This document shows positions 18,698-28,642 of a DNA stretch of 64,000 nucleotides, one piece after another; position 1 is the stretch's first letter, and each line of letters opens with the position of its first letter. A program made the position numbers and the translations under genes. The notes below the pieces were generated by a model. It saw nothing but the letters and a program-made list of their open reading frames with translations, was not told the origin of the DNA and made no database searches. The stretch is from Candidatus Thalassarchaeaceae archaeon (GTDB lineage Archaea > Thermoplasmatota > Poseidoniia > Poseidoniales > Thalassarchaeaceae), in assembly GCA_023700255.1 (NCBI GenBank), contig JAJPRD010000002.1, positions 42,748 through 106,747 of the forward strand, given 5' to 3'.

Positions 18698-20761
18698 TTG
18701 TTAGACGATGAACAAGATTTAGATGTTGAAGAAAACTCCTCTGAGGTTGAAAAAAATGCTCTTGAGAGTTGGGAAGATGGTGCAGCATTTGGTGTGGCTG
18801 TCGATAAAGACCCAATCTGTAAAACTCCTATTGAAGAATGGATTAAAGTAGTTAATATTCAATCTACTGCTGATGTACCGATTCCAACAAAGCTTGTTGA
18901 CCAAGTAATAGGGCAAGAAGCTGCTTCTATAGTGGTCCGCAAGGCTGCAGAGCAAAGACGGCATGTGATTATGGTTGGTGAACCAGGTACTGGTAAGTCT
19001 ATGCTTGCCCGTTCAATGACTGAATTCCTCCCCAAAGAACAGTTAGAGGATATTCTTGTATATCGTAATCAAGATGACGAAAATGAACCAAAGGTCAGGA
19101 CAGTACCAGCTGGTCGTGGTTCAAGAATTATTTCTGAGCGTAAAGCATTGATTAGGCAACAAAGAGAAAGAACAAATCGAACATTGTTATTCATTGTACT
19201 AATTGTTGGCGCTGCTTTAGTCCTAGCAACGCTTTCTAGTGGGGAAATCTTGACACTGATTTTTGGTTCATTTTTACTAATTTTTGGTTATTTCTTCCTT
19301 AGAGGGAGACTTACAGCAGGTGATGAGGGAAATATTCCAAAGCTTCTTGTTAAACATGAAAGAAACGAACAACCACCATTCATCGATGCAACTGGTACTT
19401 TAGCAGGTGCTCTATTGGGCGATGTAAGGCATGATCCTTTTCAATCGGGAGCAGATTTAGCTACACCTGCTCATGAAAGAGTTGAGCCCGGTGCAGTTCA
19501 TAGAGCTAACAAAGGTGTTCTTTACATCGATGAGATTAGGATGCTTAGGATGGAGGAACAACAAGCATTGTTAGTTGCAATGCAAGAAAAAGCACTTTCA
19601 ATATCTGGACGTTCTGAGCGTTCATCTGGCGCTTTGACAAAATCTGAACCGGTTCCTACTGATTTCATATTGATTGCAGCAGGTAATCTTGATAGTATGC
19701 AGAATATGCATCCTGCTCTAAGGAGTCGAATCAGGGGTTATGGATATGAAGTATATGTTAATACTGACATGCCAGATACTGAACGTAACCGCCGTCGCTT
19801 AATCCGATTCATTTCACAAGAAGTTATGAATGAGAGAAAGAAAACATCAGGGAAACCGATCCCTCACTTTAATCTAGAGTCAATTGGATTAATTTTGAAA
19901 GAAGCACAAAGGCGAAGTGGTCGACGTGGTCGTTTATCTCTCAGGCTACGTGAATTAGGTGGTTTAGTCAGAATAGCAGGGGATTTAGCAGTTGAAGAAA
20001 ATGCCGATATAACTACTGCAGAGCATGTAATTAGGGCTAGAGCAATAGCAAAACCATTGGAACAACAAGTTGCTGATAGGTATCTAGAAAGACAGGCAGA
20101 TTATTCTATGATTGTCAATAAAGGTGAACGAATTGGTAGGGTTAACGGATTAGCAGTTTTAGGTGCGGATTCAGGACTTTCAGACTATTCTGGTGTCGTA
20201 TTACCTGTAGAGGCAATGGTTACGACAGCGCATGGACGATCAGGTCAAGTTATCGCTACTGGTGGTCTTTCTGATTTGGCAAAGGAATCAGTGACAAATA
20301 TTAGTGCAGTAGTCAAAAAATTGACAGGTAATGATATCAAGGATTTCGATATACATGTGCAATTCCCTGGGACTCATAATGTGGATGGCGATAGTGCTTC
20401 TATAACTATGGCTACTGCAATAATAAGTGCATTTGAAGGAGTTCCAATTGAGCAGAATCTGGCGATGACCGGTTCCTTATCAATTAGAGGTGAAGTACTT
20501 CCAATTGGTGGTGTCTCAGCGAAAATAGAGGCTGCGGCAAAATCAGGGATCGAAACAATTATCATACCTCGATCTAATATGCAAGATGTTCTAATTGATG
20601 AGAAATATGAATCAATGGTTACTGTAATTCCTGTTGATTCTCTCGATGAGGTACTAAAGTATGCACTTGTTGCCTCTGAACAAAAGGTATCTCTAGTTGA
20701 AAGACTCGCATTAGTGATTGATACAATATCTAATACTGCAGATACACAACCATCTGCATAA
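18698..20761 (+). CDS. lonB: Archaeal membrane-bound Lon protease (LonB)
   Basis: The AAA+ Walker A is MVGEPGTGKSMLA. Two TM helices are inserted in the ATPase domain (LLFIVLIVGAALVLATL, LIFGSFLLIFGYFFL). Walker B is LYIDEI and the protease Ser is in DGDSASITMATAIISA. It has a non-ATG (TTG) start. Confidence 0.92.
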   Translation: MLDDEQDLDVEENSSEVEKNALESWEDGAAFGVAVDKDPICKTPIEEWIKVVNIQSTADVPIPTKLVDQVIGQEAASIVVRKAAEQRRHVIMVGEPGTGKSMLARSMTEFLPKEQLEDILVYRNQDDENEPKVRTVPAGRGSRIISERKALIRQQRERTNRTLLFIVLIVGAALVLATLSSGEILTLIFGSFLLIFGYFFLRGRLTAGDEGNIPKLLVKHERNEQPPFIDATGTLAGALLGDVRHDPFQSGADLATPAHERVEPGAVHRANKGVLYIDEIRMLRMEEQQALLVAMQEKALSISGRSERSSGALTKSEPVPTDFILIAAGNLDSMQNMHPALRSRIRGYGYEVYVNTDMPDTERNRRRLIRFISQEVMNERKKTSGKPIPHFNLESIGLILKEAQRRSGRRGRLSLRLRELGGLVRIAGDLAVEENADITTAEHVIRARAIAKPLEQQVADRYLERQADYSMIVNKGERIGRVNGLAVLGADSGLSDYSGVVLPVEAMVTTAHGRSGQVIATGGLSDLAKESVTNISAVVKKLTGNDIKDFDIHVQFPGTHNVDGDSASITMATAIISAFEGVPIEQNLAMTGSLSIRGEVLPIGGVSAKIEAAAKSGIETIIIPRSNMQDVLIDEKYESMVTVIPVDSLDEVLKYALVASEQKVSLVERLALVIDTISNTADTQPSA

Positions 20762-20799
20762 TTAGATACTCAATACTAAGTATTCTATCTGCACGGTGC

Positions 20800-22149
20800 A
20801 TGTTTATGGTGGCTAAGGATGAAGAGGCATCTCCAATGGGGATTTTGTTTCTCGTAGTTCTAATCGATATGCTAGGGTTCACAATAGTCATTCCATTCCT
20901 TACTTATTTCATCCAAGATTTAGCTTCCGCAGAAGGAATTGTAGATATCGGGAAAAGAGATTTATGGGTGGGAGTTATAATTTCTTGTTACTCCCTTGCT
21001 CAATTTATATTTACTCCAATTCTTGGTTCTCTAAGTGATGTACATGGCCGTCGACCAATAATAATTTTAGGTTTAATTTCGAATTCAATATTTTTCATAG
21101 TATTCGGCCTTTCTGAGAGTATATCTATGGCGATAATAGCTAGGTTCTTGGCTGGAGCGGGTAATGGTAATATTGCCGTTGCTAGAGCATATATCGGTGA
21201 CATAAGTGATCCTAGTATGATATCCCGTAGAATGGGTATGATTGGAGCTGCTTTTGGACTTGGTTTTATGATTGGACCGTTCATTGGTGGTGTGCTATCC
21301 AATCCCTCTTCAGGCATAGGTGGGGTTTTTGCGACTTCTTTTTGGATTAATCATCCATATTTGTTACCCTGTATGTTTTCAAGTGTTCTTTCATTAATCT
21401 CTCTCACATTAGCAATAACTAGATTGCCAGAGAGTCTACCTCCTGAATCTCGTAAGATAACTACTGGTACTCCTTTGAAAAAAATAGGTGATATGTTTAC
21501 AAATATTCTTAAGGTCATGAAATTACCTAATATTTCGACTTTAATTTTTGCAAATTTCCTATTCATGGTTGGTTTTAGTATGATGCACGGTACGTTTATT
21601 TTATTCACGGCAATGGATACTGAAACTGGTGGTTTAGGTTTCAGCGAGATGCAAAATGGTTGGATATTCGCTTTTATTGGTTTGTTAGGTGTGATTGTTC
21701 AAGGCGGCTTAATTGGTAAATTAACGGATAGATTCAGTATGAAAGGATTAATGGTTTTTGGAACTGTTCTATGTGGTTTAGGTATTGCCAGTTTACCTTA
21801 TGTCCCCTCAGAGGTCAGTTGGTTAGTCTTTGTCAGTTCAGGAGCATTAGCGATTGGAAATGCACTATATTCTCCGACTCAGTCCTCATTATTAACATTT
21901 GAAACGAATAATGCTGGGTATGAATTAGGGTCAGTTATGGGTGCTCAAGAAGGCTATGGCGCCTTAGCTCGAATAATAGGTCCACTTCTGGCTGCATATA
22001 TTTGGTCATTAACTGTTGAAGGAGTTGGTTTATGGACTTACCATACCTGCTTCAGGGTAGCAGGGGTAGTATTTGTACTGGCTGTTTTACTTCAATTTAA
22101 GATAAAATACAGTACGGATTCTCAAGGTAATGTGTTAGCAAATCAGTAG
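20800..22149 (+). CDS. MFS transporter (DHA1/tetracycline-efflux-like)
   Basis: About 12 predicted TM segments. The MFS loop 2-3 motif is GSLSDVHGRRPIII. Confidence 0.85.
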   Translation: MFMVAKDEEASPMGILFLVVLIDMLGFTIVIPFLTYFIQDLASAEGIVDIGKRDLWVGVIISCYSLAQFIFTPILGSLSDVHGRRPIIILGLISNSIFFIVFGLSESISMAIIARFLAGAGNGNIAVARAYIGDISDPSMISRRMGMIGAAFGLGFMIGPFIGGVLSNPSSGIGGVFATSFWINHPYLLPCMFSSVLSLISLTLAITRLPESLPPESRKITTGTPLKKIGDMFTNILKVMKLPNISTLIFANFLFMVGFSMMHGTFILFTAMDTETGGLGFSEMQNGWIFAFIGLLGVIVQGGLIGKLTDRFSMKGLMVFGTVLCGLGIASLPYVPSEVSWLVFVSSGALAIGNALYSPTQSSLLTFETNNAGYELGSVMGAQEGYGALARIIGPLLAAYIWSLTVEGVGLWTYHTCFRVAGVVFVLAVLLQFKIKYSTDSQGNVLANQ

Positions 22150-22157
22150 GTGAATAA

Positions 22158-22979
22158 ATGTCTAAACCAGCAGTAGTAGCTCATGGTGGAGCCGGGCCTG
22201 GTCCTATGCGTCAAGATAATTTAGAGAAAGCAGTAGAAAAAGCAGCCAATATTCTTAGATTAGGCGGCAATGCTCTAGAAGCGGCAGTGGAGGCATGTGT
22301 AATCTTAGAAGATGACCCTGTATTCAATGCAGGTACAGGCAGTGTAATTCGTACAGATGGTTCAGTATTGACTGATGCATCTATCCAAACAGGGGATGGT
22401 CGAATCGGTTTTGTTATAGCAATGGAAGAAACTCCAAATCCAATCAGAGTTGCTGCAGATTTACTTGATGAAGAAATTAATGGTTTAACATCAGCTGGTG
22501 CTAGGTTATGGGCTGATCAGAGAGGTCATTTGAGGGCAGATGTTGAAGGTAGGCTACCTGAGGGACAAATCGGTGATTTAGATGCGGAAATCACAGGTGA
22601 TACTATTGGTGTCATTGCCAGAGATAGTAGTGGGATGATTGTAGTAGCTACTAGTACCGGTGGTTGTAGTTTTCGCCCACCTGGTAGAGTAGGTGATGTT
22701 CCACTTCCAGGATCTGGATTTTGGGCTGAAGATGGCCTTGCAGTAGCTGCAACAGGAATTGGTGAGGCAATAACGAGAGCTCTTTTGAGCAATCGAGTTT
22801 ATGAAAGGATAAAAAATAAAAATACTTCTTTGGAAGATTCAATGGAATGGGGCATTAATACTCTAATACCACCTGAGCATTCTGTTGGATTAATTGCTCT
22901 TGGGCCCACAGGGCCGGGTATTGGAGTAGCAAATACGGATATGCCTTGGGCTACTTGGGAAGCGAGTTCTTCTGATTAA
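22158..22979 (+). CDS. Isoaspartyl peptidase / L-asparaginase (Ntn-hydrolase, plant-type)
   Basis: HGGAG is at the N-terminus. The autoprocessing nucleophile context is GDTIGVIARD, followed by ATSTGG and GSGFWA. Confidence 0.85.
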   Translation: MSKPAVVAHGGAGPGPMRQDNLEKAVEKAANILRLGGNALEAAVEACVILEDDPVFNAGTGSVIRTDGSVLTDASIQTGDGRIGFVIAMEETPNPIRVAADLLDEEINGLTSAGARLWADQRGHLRADVEGRLPEGQIGDLDAEITGDTIGVIARDSSGMIVVATSTGGCSFRPPGRVGDVPLPGSGFWAEDGLAVAATGIGEAITRALLSNRVYERIKNKNTSLEDSMEWGINTLIPPEHSVGLIALGPTGPGIGVANTDMPWATWEASSSD

Positions 22980-23040
22980 ATTCACTTTGAATTAGGGATG
23001 TGCTTAAGGACATGGCTTTTGCCGACGGTTTAGTGATAGT

Positions 23041-23316
23041 ATGTCTGACATTGAATCTCGCATCCAACAGATTGCATCAGTATTAGGTCAACTTGATGAT
23101 TCTCAAGTCCCTAGAAACATTCGTTCCTTAGCAAAACAATCAATAGATAAATGGCTTTTAAATAAAAATAAGGCTATGGATTTGAGACTTGGAATGACTG
23201 CTTCAATCCTTGATGATATATTCAATGATGCTAACTTACCTCTTCACTTTGGACCCTTGTGCCTTCAGATACAAACTGCTTTAGAGACTATTTTATCCGA
23301 AGTTCGACGTGGTTAA
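23041..23316 (+). CDS. UPF0147-family small archaeal protein
   Basis: 91 aa. VPRNIRSLAKQS and ASILDDIFNDANLPLH match the recalled UPF0147 family signatures VPRNIR and ISxLDEISNDPNMP. Confidence 0.8.
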   Translation: MSDIESRIQQIASVLGQLDDSQVPRNIRSLAKQSIDKWLLNKNKAMDLRLGMTASILDDIFNDANLPLHFGPLCLQIQTALETILSEVRRG

Positions 23317-23367
23317 TAATTTTATTAATCTTAATGTATTTCACACTAAGGTAAATATTTAGGTTCT

Positions 23368-23411
23368 GCATTAAAAATTAATGCTAATATTTGATTTAGA
23401 GATTCTAAATC
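23368..23411. terminator. Two perfect hairpins between convergent genes (candidate bidirectional terminator)
   Basis: GCATTAA-AAA-TTAATGC lies at 23368-23384. GATTTAGA-GAT-TCTAAATC lies at 23393-23411 and overlaps the L40e stop codon. Both sit in an AT-rich convergent intergenic region. Archaeal termination does not require hairpins, so confidence is low. Confidence 0.3.
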
Positions 23412-23565
23412 AAGTACTTCGGCGTTCTGTTGCCTTAGGTCTTAGGTTAGTATACTTACATTTGCGGCAGCAACGAGGTTTTGATCCGCGGTGTGTTGCG
23501 GAGCACTTCATGCATATCCACTTCTTGAGAAGACGAGCCTCTGCTACACTGTGACGCTGAGCCAT
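23410..23565 (-). CDS. rpl40e: 50S ribosomal protein L40e
   Basis: Hand translation of the minus strand gives MAQRHSVAEARLLKKWICMKCSATHRGSKPRCCRKCKYTNLRPKATERRST (51 aa). It has the L40e KKxICMxC...CRKCxYxxLRPK zinc-ribbon pattern. It is absent from the ORF track because it is under 60 aa. Confidence 0.9.
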   Translation of the reverse strand: MAQRHSVAEARLLKKWICMKCSATHRGSKPRCCRKCKYTNLRPKATERRST

Positions 23566-23687
23566 ATAGTCACCCCGAACTGCCTATCATTGATAATCGC
23601 TTTGATAGCAAATCCCTCCTAATATTGCCTTGATTTTTAAGATATCCAGACCGAACTGTTCATTCGCCTTCGGCTCAGCCGGACCGC

Positions 23688-25025
23688 TTGGTGCCAGCGA
23701 ATATTGTATTAGGAGCCCAGTGGGGCGATGAAGGAAAAGGTAAGGCGATTGACCAATTAGCCCCAGATTCAACGTGGGCAGTTCGTTTCCAGGGAGGGAA
23801 TAATGCAGGTCATACAATTGTGTTTGGAGACACAACTCTGAAATTACATCAGATACCTTCTGGTGTCACATCTATGGATTGTAATTTAGTTCTTGGAGAC
23901 GGTATGGTGATCGATCCTTGGGTTCTTGAGGAGGAGTTAGAAAGGTGGTTTTCATTGACTGAAGAAAGGCCAGAGGGTAATCGGTTATTTATCAGTGAAC
24001 GAGCCTCGGTAATTTTACCATTCCATAGGTTATATGATTCCGCCGATAAAATTGTAGGGACAACTGGTAGAGGTATTGGTCCTGCTTATCGTGATCGTAT
24101 TGAGAGAGTTGGAATCCGTTTCTGTGATATTTCCGGTGTAATCTCAGATATGGATAAAATATCCAATATCACTATAAGAATGAATAAGCAATTAGATTCG
24201 GTTGGGGTATCTGAGAGAATAACTCCGGAATCTCTTAAATCTGATTTACAATGGATTTTAGATAGGTATCCTAATACTATTAGACATACTGGATTAATGA
24301 TTGACTCTGCATTACAGAATGGTGAACAAATTTTACTTGAAGGTGCTCAGGGTGCTATGCTCGATATAGATCAAGGCACTTACCCATTTGTCACATCATC
24401 TGTAACTAGTCGCGCCAATGCTACACACGGTGCTGGAATACACCCTGGCCACGTCGAACAGTGCTTTGGGATTACAAAGGCATATACTACTAGGGTTGGT
24501 AATGGACCGTTTCCATCTGAATTATCTCTGAATGGAGGTCCTGGGCAGCATATGGCTGAAGTTGGTCACGAATATGGAACTACTACAGGAAGGCCACGTC
24601 GTACCGGTTGGTTAGATATGGTTGCTTTGTGTGATGCACATCGATTCAACGGTTATACTGGTTTGGTAGTGACAAAATTAGATGTTCTTGGTGGTCTTGA
24701 CGAAATTAAAATCTGTGTAGGGTATGATTTTGATGGTGAAGTGATTAAGTATTTCCCATCAACTTCTGATGAAGTTGCTAGGTGTAAACCAATTTATGAG
24801 ACGCATGATGGCTTTCCTTCTCTTTCTGATGAAGAATGGATATCTATGGCTGATCGTTCACGTTCCGAAGGTATAGGCTATGCAGCTATGCCAGACAAAG
24901 TCCGACATATAGTTGAAAGAATTGAATTTCTATCAGGTATATCAGTAGTTAGTGTAGGGGTAGGACCTGATCGAAAAGCCTCTATCGCTAAGATTGGTGG
25001 GCCATTCGATGTACGTTCCGAATAG
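23688..25025 (+). CDS. purA: Adenylosuccinate synthetase
   Basis: Signatures are GAQWGDEGKGK, GGNNAGHT, TTGRGIGPAY and GTTTGRPRR. The start is TTG at 23688 or GTG at 23691. Confidence 0.95.
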   Translation: MVPANIVLGAQWGDEGKGKAIDQLAPDSTWAVRFQGGNNAGHTIVFGDTTLKLHQIPSGVTSMDCNLVLGDGMVIDPWVLEEELERWFSLTEERPEGNRLFISERASVILPFHRLYDSADKIVGTTGRGIGPAYRDRIERVGIRFCDISGVISDMDKISNITIRMNKQLDSVGVSERITPESLKSDLQWILDRYPNTIRHTGLMIDSALQNGEQILLEGAQGAMLDIDQGTYPFVTSSVTSRANATHGAGIHPGHVEQCFGITKAYTTRVGNGPFPSELSLNGGPGQHMAEVGHEYGTTTGRPRRTGWLDMVALCDAHRFNGYTGLVVTKLDVLGGLDEIKICVGYDFDGEVIKYFPSTSDEVARCKPIYETHDGFPSLSDEEWISMADRSRSEGIGYAAMPDKVRHIVERIEFLSGISVVSVGVGPDRKASIAKIGGPFDVRSE

Positions 25026-25061
25026 GTAACGTTCTAATTCGAAGGTCATTTCCAAGGGTAC

Positions 25062-25349
25062 ATGGGATTCAAATCCAGAGCTAAAAAGAAGCAGAAAGAT
25101 GCTTCCGATGCAAAAGGTCCTTCGAACGACATTAAAGAAGAATACTCTGGCGAAGTTCGTTGCGATGTAGCTGATTGTGAGAACTGGGCTGATAAGAAAA
25201 TAGGTGGCCGGAAACTAGCCTTTGATCGAGCAGCAGATGTTTGGGGAGAAGATGGCTTACTTGGTAACTCAAGAAGAGTTACTGTTTGTAAGTCGTGCTA
25301 CAGAGAATGGAAAAAGGCAAAGAAAGATGACCCTAGTGAATGGGGTTAA
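25062..25349 (+). CDS. Small basic protein with a putative zinc ribbon
   Basis: 95 aa. A Lys-rich N-terminus is followed by the Cys pairs CDVADC and CKSCYREWKK. No family is recognised with confidence. Confidence 0.55.
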   Translation: MGFKSRAKKKQKDASDAKGPSNDIKEEYSGEVRCDVADCENWADKKIGGRKLAFDRAADVWGEDGLLGNSRRVTVCKSCYREWKKAKKDDPSEWG

Positions 25350-25407
25350 CCCTCTTTCTGTTTTCTCATTAGTAATGATGAAATGCATTATCTAATAGCG
25401 ACATGAT

Positions 25408-27027
25408 ATGAGCCATCCCATAAATGAACCGATTCTAGCGTATGCTCGAGGTAGCCAAGAGCGAATCGATATCAAAAGTGAACTCGATAGGCAGATGAAT
25501 CAGGTCCTTGAAATACCATGTATTATTGGTGGTAAAGAAGTATTTACTAATAACACTGTCAATCAAGTCATTCCTCACAAACATAAGCATATTATCGCTA
25601 GAGTCCACCTTGCAGGCAAGGATGAAATGGAAGCAGCTTGCAATGCAGCAGTTGCTGCTCAGAAATCATGGATAGAGATTGGTCTTGAAGAAAGATGTGC
25701 AATATTTGAGAGATGTGCGGATCTATTAGCAGGAGAATGGCGAATGAGAGTTAACGCTGCTACCATGCTTAACCAATCCAAGACAGTCTATCAAGCAGAA
25801 ATTGATGCCGCTTGTGAATTAATTGATTTTTGGAGATTTAATTGCCACTATGCACGTGGATTTCATGATGATTTTCAACCATTAGTTTCTCCGAAAGGAG
25901 TACTTAATACTACTGAAATTCGTCCATTAGAAGGTTTTGTGCTTTCGATAACTCCTTTTAATTTTGCAAGTATAGCAGCAAATCTTCCAAGCGCTCCGGC
26001 TATAGTTGGGTGTACCTCTGTCTGGAAACCTAGCCGTAACTCATACCATTCTAACTATGTTTTAATGCAGTTGATGATGGAGGCAGGGTTACCCGATGGT
26101 GTAATAAATTTCCTTCCAGGTTCTGGCGCTGAAATCACTGAAACCGCACTTTCGAATCCTAATTTCGCTGGTCTACATTTCACTGGTTCAACTGGTACAT
26201 TCCAAGGTTTATGGCAAGAAATTGGCTTAGCTCTTCCAAAATTAAAATCTTATCCAAGAATTGTTGGAGAAACAGGAGGAAAAGACTTCGTTGTTGCACA
26301 CCCTGATTGTAATCATAGAGGGTTGTTAGTAGCACTTTTACGGGGTTCATTTGAATACCAAGGACAGAAATGTTCTGCTGCAAGTAGGGCATATGTTCCT
26401 AAATCAGTTTGGAGTATAATTTCAGATGATTTATGTGCTGAAATCAAAAAAATCAAGATGGGAGATGCTTGTGATTTTTCTAATTTCATGACAGCGGTTA
26501 TCGATCAACGTTCTTTTGATAAGATCACAGGGTATATTGATAGAGCGAAGAACGATCCAAATTGTGAGATAGCTGTTGGTGGAAATTACGATGATTCAGT
26601 TGGATGGTTTGTTGAACCTACAATAATAGTGACAAGTGATCATAATTCCGAAACAATGTCTGAAGAGATTTTTGGACCAGTTTTGACAGTTTATGTTTAT
26701 GAAGATAATGATTTTGAAAATATATTGAAGATTTGTGACGAATCATCTCCATATGCACTTACTGGTTCAATATTCGCTAATGATGAAGTTAATATTCAGA
26801 AGGCATTTAATGCTCTAAGGTTCACTGCAGGTAATTTCTATATTAATGATAAACCGACGGGTGCAGTAGTTGCTCAGCAACCATTTGGTGGTGCTAGAGC
26901 AAGCGGTACCAATGACAAAGCAGGTGGACCTTTGAATTTGCTTAGATGGATTAGTCCTCGTTCAGTTAAGAGGACATTGGAGATACCACAGGAATGGGAG
27001 TATCCTTTCATGGAATCTGATAACTAA
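25408..27027 (+). CDS. 1-pyrroline-5-carboxylate (L-glutamate gamma-semialdehyde) dehydrogenase
   Basis: An ALDH fold with VGETGGKDF and YQGQKCSAASR. The N-terminal NEPILAYARGSQER...IPCIIGGKEV is typical of ALDH4-type P5CDH. Confidence 0.8.
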   Translation: MSHPINEPILAYARGSQERIDIKSELDRQMNQVLEIPCIIGGKEVFTNNTVNQVIPHKHKHIIARVHLAGKDEMEAACNAAVAAQKSWIEIGLEERCAIFERCADLLAGEWRMRVNAATMLNQSKTVYQAEIDAACELIDFWRFNCHYARGFHDDFQPLVSPKGVLNTTEIRPLEGFVLSITPFNFASIAANLPSAPAIVGCTSVWKPSRNSYHSNYVLMQLMMEAGLPDGVINFLPGSGAEITETALSNPNFAGLHFTGSTGTFQGLWQEIGLALPKLKSYPRIVGETGGKDFVVAHPDCNHRGLLVALLRGSFEYQGQKCSAASRAYVPKSVWSIISDDLCAEIKKIKMGDACDFSNFMTAVIDQRSFDKITGYIDRAKNDPNCEIAVGGNYDDSVGWFVEPTIIVTSDHNSETMSEEIFGPVLTVYVYEDNDFENILKICDESSPYALTGSIFANDEVNIQKAFNALRFTAGNFYINDKPTGAVVAQQPFGGARASGTNDKAGGPLNLLRWISPRSVKRTLEIPQEWEYPFMESDN

Positions 27028-27061
27028 TCCAAAATGTTGAATAGCATTCTCCTCTTCATTG

Positions 27062-27140
27062 AAGTCGGGGAGCTCTAGCTGAGAGGTTACGAAAGTAACG
27101 ACCCATAGACCTGATCTGGGTAATGCCAGCGGAGGAATAA
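27062..27140 (+). promoter_or_regulatory. TPP (THI-box) riboswitch
   Basis: The sequence reads GGGGAGC-TCTA-GCTGAGAGG, then a TTAC-GAAA-GTAA hairpin, then CGACCC, then ACCTGATCTGG-GTAATG-CCAGCGGAGGA. The second half is almost identical to E. coli thiM ACCUGAUCUGGAUAAUGCCAGCG. The SD-like GGAGGA (27131-27136) is part of the aptamer's 3' strand, 7 nt before the ATG at 27144. Confidence 0.85.
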
Positions 27141-27143
27141 AAA

Positions 27144-28592
27144 ATGGATACAAATATTGCTTATGGATTAATGCTTGCTACACTTGGTTTCTTTGGATAT
27201 ATAGGATACCAATCAGCCGCCAAAAAAGAAATTGATAGTGACGAATACTTGTCTGCCCGAGGCACTCAGAATAGCATGAGTATCACACTCAGCCTATTTG
27301 CTTCAGGGATAGGTATCTGGGTCCTATTAGCTCCGTCGGAGGTGGGTTATTATGGTGGTTTTTGGGATGTTTTCGGTTATGCTTTATCAGCCTCAACTCC
27401 TTTCCTTTTACTTGCTTATGTAGGCCCTATAATTAGAAAAAGATTACCTGATGGTGTCACTCTTGCTGATTATGCTAAATCACGTGCAGGTAGACCTATG
27501 CAGATTTATGTAGGTTTAATTTCAATACTGTATATGTTTACGTTTCTTTTTGCCGAATTTACTGCTATTGGTAAGGTCATGGATATTTTGGTAGGCATGG
27601 AGCCTTTAGTGCCGATGATTGCCGTTGGATTTGTCACAGCAGGATATACTGCTTATGGGGGTCTTCCGGCTTCCCTTGAAACCGATAAAATTCAAGCATG
27701 GGCAATTATATTTTTAATTACTACTTTACTATTCATACTTTTTCTTGGAGATATTAATAGTTTAATATCTGATGCCAAATCATATACTCCTGAAGATATT
27801 GAATGGGATTGGTATCACGGTAGTATCAGCGACACCTCAACTTTCAAATCTGGTTTTGCTCTTGTTGTAGCAATAACTGCAGCCGAAATGTTTTCTCAAG
27901 GAAATTGGCAAAGGGCATGGGCCAGTGAAGATGAAAAAGCACTGAAAAAAGGTGCTATTGGTGCTTCTATACTTGTTTTTCCTTTAATATTTATACTCGG
28001 TTTCCTCGGAACTTCTGTAGCAGGTCAGGGCGCAGTTAGTGACCCTGCAGTTTCTTTCTTTTATCTGATTGAGGATATCGGCATAGTATTTGTAGCTGCA
28101 TTTGTCATACTATCTATTGCATTAGTATGTTCTAGTGCTGATACTTTACAGAATGCAATCATAGCATCTTTATCTAGGGATATATCTGATAATAAAATGA
28201 GTCTTAATGCTGCTAAGTATCTAACGGTTGCAATGATTCCATTAGCGATATATCTGGCAACAGGACCCACTATTGCAGGTTTTACTTTGGATACTGCAGG
28301 TGTGTTTGAAATTTTCCTACGTGCTGACCTATATGCTGCTGCAACTGTCGGTCCCGTTCTACTAACTCTCTGGGATCGAGTGTCATCAAGGGGTGCTCTA
28401 TTTGGTGCATTTTCTGGTATTATTTCAGTAGTCATATATGGTGCTTTAACCGAAGACTTTTCGGCAGGTGTTGAGTATCTATTTTCTCCTACTAATGATG
28501 CAGGTTTAGCTAATCTAGAAGTTTTCCTTAGTGCACTCTTAGGATCCTCTTTAGTGACTATATTGGTTTCATATATTTTACCAGATGAATAA
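27144..28592 (+). CDS. Sodium:solute symporter (SSS) family transporter, TPP-riboswitch controlled (candidate thiamine/HMP-precursor importer)
   Basis: 482 aa with about 13 TM helices. The SSS-type N-terminus is YLSARGTQNSMSITLSLFASGIGIW. It lies directly downstream of the THI-box. Confidence 0.8.
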   Translation: MDTNIAYGLMLATLGFFGYIGYQSAAKKEIDSDEYLSARGTQNSMSITLSLFASGIGIWVLLAPSEVGYYGGFWDVFGYALSASTPFLLLAYVGPIIRKRLPDGVTLADYAKSRAGRPMQIYVGLISILYMFTFLFAEFTAIGKVMDILVGMEPLVPMIAVGFVTAGYTAYGGLPASLETDKIQAWAIIFLITTLLFILFLGDINSLISDAKSYTPEDIEWDWYHGSISDTSTFKSGFALVVAITAAEMFSQGNWQRAWASEDEKALKKGAIGASILVFPLIFILGFLGTSVAGQGAVSDPAVSFFYLIEDIGIVFVAAFVILSIALVCSSADTLQNAIIASLSRDISDNKMSLNAAKYLTVAMIPLAIYLATGPTIAGFTLDTAGVFEIFLRADLYAAATVGPVLLTLWDRVSSRGALFGAFSGIISVVIYGALTEDFSAGVEYLFSPTNDAGLANLEVFLSALLGSSLVTILVSYILPDE

Positions 28593-28642
28593 CATTTTTG
28601 TAATTCTTGATTAGTGTTAACTTCATAGGTGTTACCTGAGGT

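Noticed and set aside
23587-23835. An 82-aa minus-strand ORF
   Set aside because: It overlaps the purA N-terminus (GAQWGDEGKGK is on the plus strand). The real minus-strand gene in this region is the shorter L40e at 23410-23565.
25408-28592. P5C dehydrogenase followed by an SSS transporter, which could be read as a put (proline utilisation) operon with PutP
   Set aside because: The intergenic THI-box is a much more specific signal and argues for thiamine-related cargo. The proline idea is kept only as the alternative to be excluded experimentally.
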